Below, in pieces: positions 33,801-36,539 of a stretch of 36,539 nucleotides of DNA. A program made the position numbers and the translations under genes. Source of the DNA: Candidatus Methylomirabilia bacterium (GTDB lineage Bacteria > Methylomirabilota > Methylomirabilia > Rokubacteriales > CSP1-6); assembly GCA_041492755.1 (NCBI GenBank), contig JBGPXN010000031.1, positions 1 to 36,539 of the forward strand, written 5' to 3'. Numbering within the stretch: position 1 is the stretch's first letter; each line of letters opens with the position of its first letter. A model generated the notes under the pieces. It was not told where the DNA came from. It worked only from the letters and a program-made list of their open reading frames with translations, and did not search any database.

Positions 33801-36539
33801 GGGGACGCGGTGGCGGTGAACGCGACCGTGAACGCCGGCAGCGGGACCGTGTCGATCGCGGCGAACACCGACGGCGTCGGGTCCCAGGGCTTCTCGCAGA
33901 CGGCCGCGATCAGCACGACCAACGCTGGCGCCTCGGCCATCAGCATCGCGGTCAACGCGGCGGGCGGGGGAACCGGCGGCGCCGTCCTCGGCACCATCAC
34001 CACCGGCACCGGCGGGACGGTGACGGTCGGCACGGCCACCGGCGGCAACGCGACCGGCGGCTCGATCACGCGGGCGGCCGGCACCGCGATCGACGTCGGC
34101 AGCGGCACCGTGGCGCTGAGCACGCCGGGCGGTGGCGGGAGCGGGATCGGCGCGTCCGGGACTCCGCTCGCCATGACGGCGGGAGCGGTCACGGCGGTCG
34201 CCGGGTCGGGCGGCGTCTTCATCACCGAGTCCGACGGCGCCAGCTTCACGGCGACGGCCGGCGGCGCGGGGAACGTGGCGCTCACCACGACGACCGGCCC
34301 GCTGACGATCGCGGGCACGACGTCGACCGGGTCGGGCGCGATCACGCTGTCGAGTGGCGACGCGGTGGCCGTGAGCGCAACGGTCAATGCCGGCAGCGGC
34401 ACCGTCGCGATCACGGCGAACACGGACGGCGCCGGCGCCCAGGGCGTCACGCAATCCGCCGCGATCACGACGACCAACACGGGGGCGTCCGCCGTGTCGA
34501 TCGACGTCAATGCGACTGCCGGCGGCACGGGCGGCGTCGTGCTCGGTGACGTCACGACCGGCTCGGGTGGCGCGGTGACGGTCAGCACGGCGACCGGCGG
34601 CAACACGACCGGCGGCTCCATCACGGGCGCCGCGGGCACCAGCGTCAACGTCGGGAGCGGGGCGGTGAGCCTCACGACGCCGACGGGCGGGACGAGCGGG
34701 ATCGGGACGTCGGCGACGCCGATCGCGACCACGGCCGGAACGATCACGGCCGCCGCCGGCTCCGGCGGTGTCTTCATCACCGAAGCGGATGGCGCCAGCA
34801 TCAGCGCGACGACGACCGGCGCGGGCAACGTGAGCCTCGCGAGTACGACCGGCACGCTGCGCATCGGCGGCGCGACGTCGACCGGGAGCGGGACGATCGC
34901 GCTCACCAGTGGCGATGGCGTGGCCGTCGACGCGGCCGTCGACGCGGGGAGCGGAACGGTCGCGGTCACCGCCAACACCGACGGCGCGGGCAGCCAGGGC
35001 TACAGCCAGCTGGGTTCCATCACCACGACCAACGCGGGCGTGCCGCCGGTGACGATCAGCGTCAATACGGGGGCGGGCGGTAGCGGCGGCGCCCAGCTCG
35101 GCGACGTCACCACCGGCTCGGGCGGGACGCTGACGGTGACGACGGCGACGGGCGGGAACACGACCGGCGGGTCCATCACCCGCGCGGCCGGCAGCAGCGT
35201 GAACGTCGGCAGCGGCACCGTGAGCCTGACGACATCGACGGGCGGGACGAGCGGGATCGGGACGTCGGCGACGCCGATGGCGACTACCGCGGGCGCGATC
35301 ACGGCGACTGCCGGCTCGGGCGGTGTCTTCGTGACCGAGAGCAACGGCGCGAGCTTCACGGCGTCGGCGGCCGGCGCCGGCAACGTGAGCCTCACGACGA
35401 CGACCGGAACGCTCACGGTGGCGACCGGCGGCGTATCTACCGGCAGCGGCGCCGTCACGCTGTCGAGCGGCGACGCGGTGGCCATCAACGGAACGGTCAA
35501 CGCGGGCAGCGGGACCGTCGCGGTCAACGCGAACACCGACGGCGCCGGGAGCCAGGGGGTCACCCAGTCGGCCGCGATCGCCACGACGAACACGTCGGGC
35601 GCCGCCGTCGCGATCAACGTCAACGCCGCCGCCGGTGGCACGGGCGGCGTGGCGCTCGGCAATGTGACCACCGGCTCGGGCGGGACGGTGACGGTCAGCA
35701 CGGCGACGGGCGGCAACACCACCGGCGGATCGATCACGCGCGCCGCGGGGACGAGCCTCAACGTCGGATCGGGGGCCGTGAGCCTCAGCACGCCGACCAC
35801 GGGAACCAGCGGGATCGGCACCGCGGGCACGAACATCGCGACCACCGCGGGCACGGCGAACGCCAGCACCGGCTCCGGCGGTGTCTTCATCACGGAGAGT
35901 GACGGCGCCGCCTTCGTCGCGATCGCCGGCGGCAGCGGAAACGTCGCGCTGCGGACGACGACGGGCACGTTGACGGTCGGCGGGACGACGTCGACGGGCA
36001 GCGGGACGATCACGCTGTCGAGCGCGGATGGCGTCGCGGTGAACGCAGCCGTGAACGCGGGCAGCGGGACGGTCGCCATCACTGCCAACACCGATGGCGC
36101 GGGCGGCCAGGGGTACACGCAGACGGGATCGATCGCGACGACGAACGCTTCCGGCAGCGCGGTGACGGTGGCGGTGAACACGGCCGGGGGGGGCAGCGGT
36201 GGTGCCGTTCTCGGCAACGTCACGACCGGCTCGGGTGGGACGCTCACGATCAGCACGGCGACGGGTGGCAACACGACGGGCGGGTCGATCACGCAAAGCA
36301 CGGGCACGCTGCTCGACGTCGGGACGGGCACCGTCACCCTCAGCACGCCGACGGTTGGCGCCAGTGGGATCGGCACGATCGTGTCGAGTACCGTGATCGG
36401 CGCCGGAGCGGAGATCGGCGGCGAGGCGCTCGAGGCCGGGCCGGAGCGCCGCGTCGTCGACCAGCGCGAGGCCGGAGATCGCGCCCCGCACCTCGGGGTC
36501 GAGGTAGGCCTCGGGACGGCGCCAGTACGCGCCGAGGAA
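24798..36539 (+). CDS. Giant TpsA filamentous hemagglutinin-like exoprotein (HMW1-like TPS domain plus 185-aa repeats); no stop seen in window, genuine sequence probably ends ~36377
   Basis: MISRLRRSILAGPLSATMIGLSFAGFAEA signal peptide; INQSTDRAIINWQSF, NRVTG, FLLNPNGI (25131), GGFVEVS, GTLLLDP (26109-26129). All repeat anchors and antisense shadow ORFs stay in one register, so no frameshift; the track lists no stop-terminated ORF in this frame. Confidence 0.93.
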   Translation, partial: MISRLRRSILAGPLSATMIGLSFAGFAEAFPRGGTVTGGQAAIDKINGSTLMINQSTDRAIINWQSFGLSAGEVVRFLQPGRQSITVNRVTGPEASVILGAIDATGRIFLLNPNGILIGQGARIDVNGLVATTLNVNDADFMAGRYVFRQAGGSITATVVNRGTINAGERGFVVLSAPGVVNEGTINARLGTVHLSSGEQLTIDFGGDGLLRFAVDGALPGQPVGPDGRPLSSRVSNQGHIQADGGRVVLNARTAGDVLSSVVNNTGTIQARSLVNEGGVVRLIGGDDALKRATSSGAMAPGGAATGVVTNTGWIDVSAAEAGAAAGQVLMLGQRVGQRGEIEARGAGAGRGGDVLITSSEKTVLGATGRIDVSGGTTGDAGRVLVWSDRDTFVSPRSQIVARGGDQGGDGGFVEVSARNNLNFAGAVDTRAPQGKLGTLLLDPHNITVANGGAATLADVDEFADTPAADVTIAPSTINTAATTVELQANNDITVNNAIAMTTSGAGLTMRAGRSVDVNANISTNNGAISVTANDAGASVANRDAGAGNVTMATGTSLNAGNQSISLTIGTLAGGTPGSITARDLTTSAGVISINSQNAVTLEGIVSAGSGTVAITANADGAGSEGFTQNAAITTTDTGATPLTISVNTAAGGAGGAALHDITTGSGGTVTVTTATGGNTTGGSITRTAGSSINSGTVSLSTPSGGSSGIGTAGTPIATTAGTVIAAAGSGGVFVTESDGANFTATAGGAGSITLTSTTGTLTVAGATSTGSGAITLSSGDAVAVGAVVNAGSGTVAIAANTDGTGAQGFAHATAAAITTTNTGSSAVGIAVNAAAGGSGGAQLGDITTGSGGAVTVSTATGGNATGGSITRAAGTSVNVGTGTVSLTTPTGGASGIGTAGTPIATTAGTVTASAGSGGVFITESDGASFTATATGAGNVSLTSTTGTLTIGGTTSTGSGAITLSSADAVAVNSTVDAGTGAVAIAANTDGSGGQGYSQAGSVTTTNTGAAAVAISVNAAGGGTGGAQLGNITTGSGGTINVTTATGGNTTGGSITQAASTTLNAGSGTVSLTTPTGGASGIGTAGTPITTTAGTVTASAGSGGVFITESDGANFTATATGAGDVSLTSTTGTLTIAGATSTGSGAVTLASGDGVAVNATVAAGSGTVTIAANTDGAGAQGFSQAAAITTTNAGGAAVTISVNAAGGGTGDAQLGSITTGSGGTLTVTTATGGNTTGGSITQAASTTLNVGTGTVSLTTPTGGTSGIGTAGAPIMTTAGTVTASAGSGGVFVTESDGASFTATAAGAGNVSLTSTTGTLTIGGTTSTGSGAITLSSGDGVAVNATVDAGSGTVAIAANTDGAGAQGYSQAGAITTTNAGTSAVSIAVNAAGGGTGGAQLGDIATGAGGTVTVTTATGGNTTGGSITRAGGTSVSVGSGTVSLATPTGGASRIGTAGTPMATTAGTVTASAGSGGVFITESDGASFTATAGGAGNVSLTSTTGTLTIGGTTSTGSGAITLSSGDAVAANATVDAGSGTVAIAANTDGAGAQGYSQAGAITTSNAGASAVSITVNTATGGTGGAQLGDITTGSGGTVTVSTATGGNTTGGSITRASGTSVNVGTGTVSLSTPTGGTSGVGTAGTPMATTAGTITASAGSGGVFITESDGVSFTATAGGAGNVSLTSTSGTLTIGGTTSTGSGTITLSSGDAVAVNATVDAGSGTVAIAANTDGAGAQGYSQAGAITTTNAGASAVSIAVNAAGGGTGGAQLGDIATGSGGTVTATTATGGNTSGGSITRASGTSVNVGTGTVAFSTPTGGSSGVGTSGTPMATTAGTVTASTGSGGAFITDSDGASFTATASGTGSVSLSSTTGTLTIGGTTSTGSGTITLSSGDAVAVNATLDAGSGTVAIGANTDGTGVQGYSQSGTITTTNAGASAVSITVNAAGGGTGGAQLGNVTTGSGGTVTVTTAAGGNTTGGSISRAGGTSIDVGSGTVSLSTPTGGSSGIGAPGTAMATTAGTVTAGAGSGGVFLTESDGASFTATATGAGNVSLTSTTGTLAISGTTSTGSGALTLSSGDAVAVNAAVNAGSGTVAITANTDGVGAQGFSQSAAITTTNTGAPAVTINVNAAGGGTGAAQLGDVTTGSGGTVTVTTATGGNTTGGSITRAGGTSVSVGSGTVAFSTPTGGSSGIGTAGTPMATTAGIVTASSGSGGVFVTESDGASFTATAGGAGNVSLTTTTGTLAIGGTTSTGSGAITLSSGDAVAVNATVDAGSGTVAITANTDGAGAQGYSQAGAIATTNTGASAVSIAVNTAGGGTGGAQLGDITTGSGGTVMVGTATGGNTTGGSITRASGTSVNVGSGAVAFSTPTGGTSGIGTSGTPMATTAGTITATAGSGGVFITESDGASITATATGAGDVSLRSSSGTLTIGGTTSTGAGAIALSSGDAVAVNATVDAGSGTIAITANTDGSGTQGYGQSGALTTTNTGASAVSISVNSASGGVGGAQLGNITTGSGATVTVTTATGGNTTGGSITQTFGTTVNVGGGSVSLATPTGGASAIGTAAAPIATTAGTVTASAGSGGLFITESDGASFTATATGAGSVNLTSTTGTLTIAGTTSTGSGVITLASGDAVAVNATVDAGSGTVAVSANTDGTGAQGFSQSAAITTTNTGGSGVSISVNAAGGGSGGAQLGTISTGSGGTVSVSTATGGNTTGGSITRASGTSIDVGTGTVTLTAPTAGSSSVGTAGTNMALTAGTVTANAGSGGIFATESDGASFTANAGGAGSVSLTTTTGTLTIGGASSTGSGAITLSSGDAVAVNAVVNAGSGTVAITANTDGAGAQGYGQSGTISTTSTGASAVAIDVNAAGGGTGGAQLGTITTGSGGTVTVSTATGGNTTGGSITGAGGTSVNVGSGTVSLTTPTGGASGIGTAGTPMATTADTMTATAGSGGVFITESDGASFTAAASGAGNVSLASTTGTLTIGGATSTGSGAITLSSGDAVAVNATVNAGSGTVSIAANTDGVGSQGFSQTAAISTTNAGASAISIAVNAAGGGTGGAVLGTITTGTGGTVTVGTATGGNATGGSITRAAGTAIDVGSGTVALSTPGGGGSGIGASGTPLAMTAGAVTAVAGSGGVFITESDGASFTATAGGAGNVALTTTTGPLTIAGTTSTGSGAITLSSGDAVAVSATVNAGSGTVAITANTDGAGAQGVTQSAAITTTNTGASAVSIDVNATAGGTGGVVLGDVTTGSGGAVTVSTATGGNTTGGSITGAAGTSVNVGSGAVSLTTPTGGTSGIGTSATPIATTAGTITAAAGSGGVFITEADGASISATTTGAGNVSLASTTGTLRIGGATSTGSGTIALTSGDGVAVDAAVDAGSGTVAVTANTDGAGSQGYSQLGSITTTNAGVPPVTISVNTGAGGSGGAQLGDVTTGSGGTLTVTTATGGNTTGGSITRAAGSSVNVGSGTVSLTTSTGGTSGIGTSATPMATTAGAITATAGSGGVFVTESNGASFTASAAGAGNVSLTTTTGTLTVATGGVSTGSGAVTLSSGDAVAINGTVNAGSGTVAVNANTDGAGSQGVTQSAAIATTNTSGAAVAINVNAAAGGTGGVALGNVTTGSGGTVTVSTATGGNTTGGSITRAAGTSLNVGSGAVSLSTPTTGTSGIGTAGTNIATTAGTANASTGSGGVFITESDGAAFVAIAGGSGNVALRTTTGTLTVGGTTSTGSGTITLSSADGVAVNAAVNAGSGTVAITANTDGAGGQGYTQTGSIATTNASGSAVTVAVNTAGGGSGGAVLGNVTTGSGGTLTISTATGGNTTGGSITQSTGTLLDVGTGTVTLSTPTVGASGIGTIVSSTVIGAGAEIGGEALEAGPERRVVDQREAGDRAPHLGVEVGLGTAPVRAEE
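26553..36377 (+). repeat. Tandem coding repeat, period 555 bp (185 aa), ~17.7 copies
   Basis: Asn codon of the AN(T/A)DG anchor at 26649, 27198, 27759, 28314, 28869, 29424, 29979, 30534, 31089, 31644, 32199, 32754, 33309, 33864, 34419, 34974, 35532, 36087; spacing 555 except 549, 561 and 558. Confidence 0.97.
36399..36539 (-). pseudogene. Fragment of a probable class I SAM-dependent methyltransferase, truncated at the junction with tpsA
   Basis: Minus strand from the window end reads FLGAYWRRPEAYLDPEVRGAISGLALVDDAALRPGLERLAADLRSGA, a C-terminal motif I recognise from a methyltransferase family; the usual W...GYRL tail is missing. Confidence 0.6.

Noticed and set aside
26553..36377. CRISPR array or non-coding tandem repeat
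   Set aside because: The period is 555 bp, all length changes are multiples of 3, variation is largely synonymous, and there are no unique spacers or cas genes.
24687..36491. Long minus-strand ORFs, including 2202 aa (29883-36491), 915 aa, 795 aa and 661 aa
   Set aside because: Antisense shadows of the tpsA repeat array. They are Arg-rich or Pro/Val-rich with no recognisable motifs, while the + frame has a signal peptide, a TPS domain and an adjacent TpsB. Only the first ~30 aa of the 2202-aa ORF (the methyltransferase fragment) look genuine.
23030..36539. Contact-dependent inhibition (CdiBAI) system
   Set aside because: No VENN/pre-toxin motif, toxin domain or immunity gene is visible, and the TPS domain looks HMW1-like. 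It cannot be fully excluded because the C-terminus is missing.

Overview
High-GC bacterial DNA; the protein sequences resemble Methylomirabilota/Rokubacteria, but this is an impression and was not tested. Bases 1-15536 hold the 3' end of tuf followed by a complete S10-spc-alpha cluster (rpsJ to rplQ, including secY, adk, map, infA and rpoA). Bases 15554-20274 (- strand) hold trxA, a gene remnant, thiL, two CNNM/CBS/CorC genes and a dienelactone hydrolase. Next come an orphan NtrC-type regulator and a hydantoinase B/oxoprolinase gene that appears internally deleted. From about 23000 to the end is a two-partner secretion locus: a ShlB/FhaC-type TpsB and a giant TpsA that the ORF track omits because its frame (from GTG 24798) appears to have no stop in the window. 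The TpsA is at least ~3860 aa, has an HMW1-like N-terminus, and carries ~17.7 tandem copies of a 185-aa (555-bp) Gly/Thr/Ala/Ser-rich unit. The array stops abruptly at ~36377 at a palindromic junction to an opposite-strand methyltransferase fragment, which may be an assembly chimera. Other oddities: uS11 with Asp at the isoAsp site, a divergent RpoA, a two-hairpin element between rpsJ and rplC, and a leader ORF overlapping the tpsA start.
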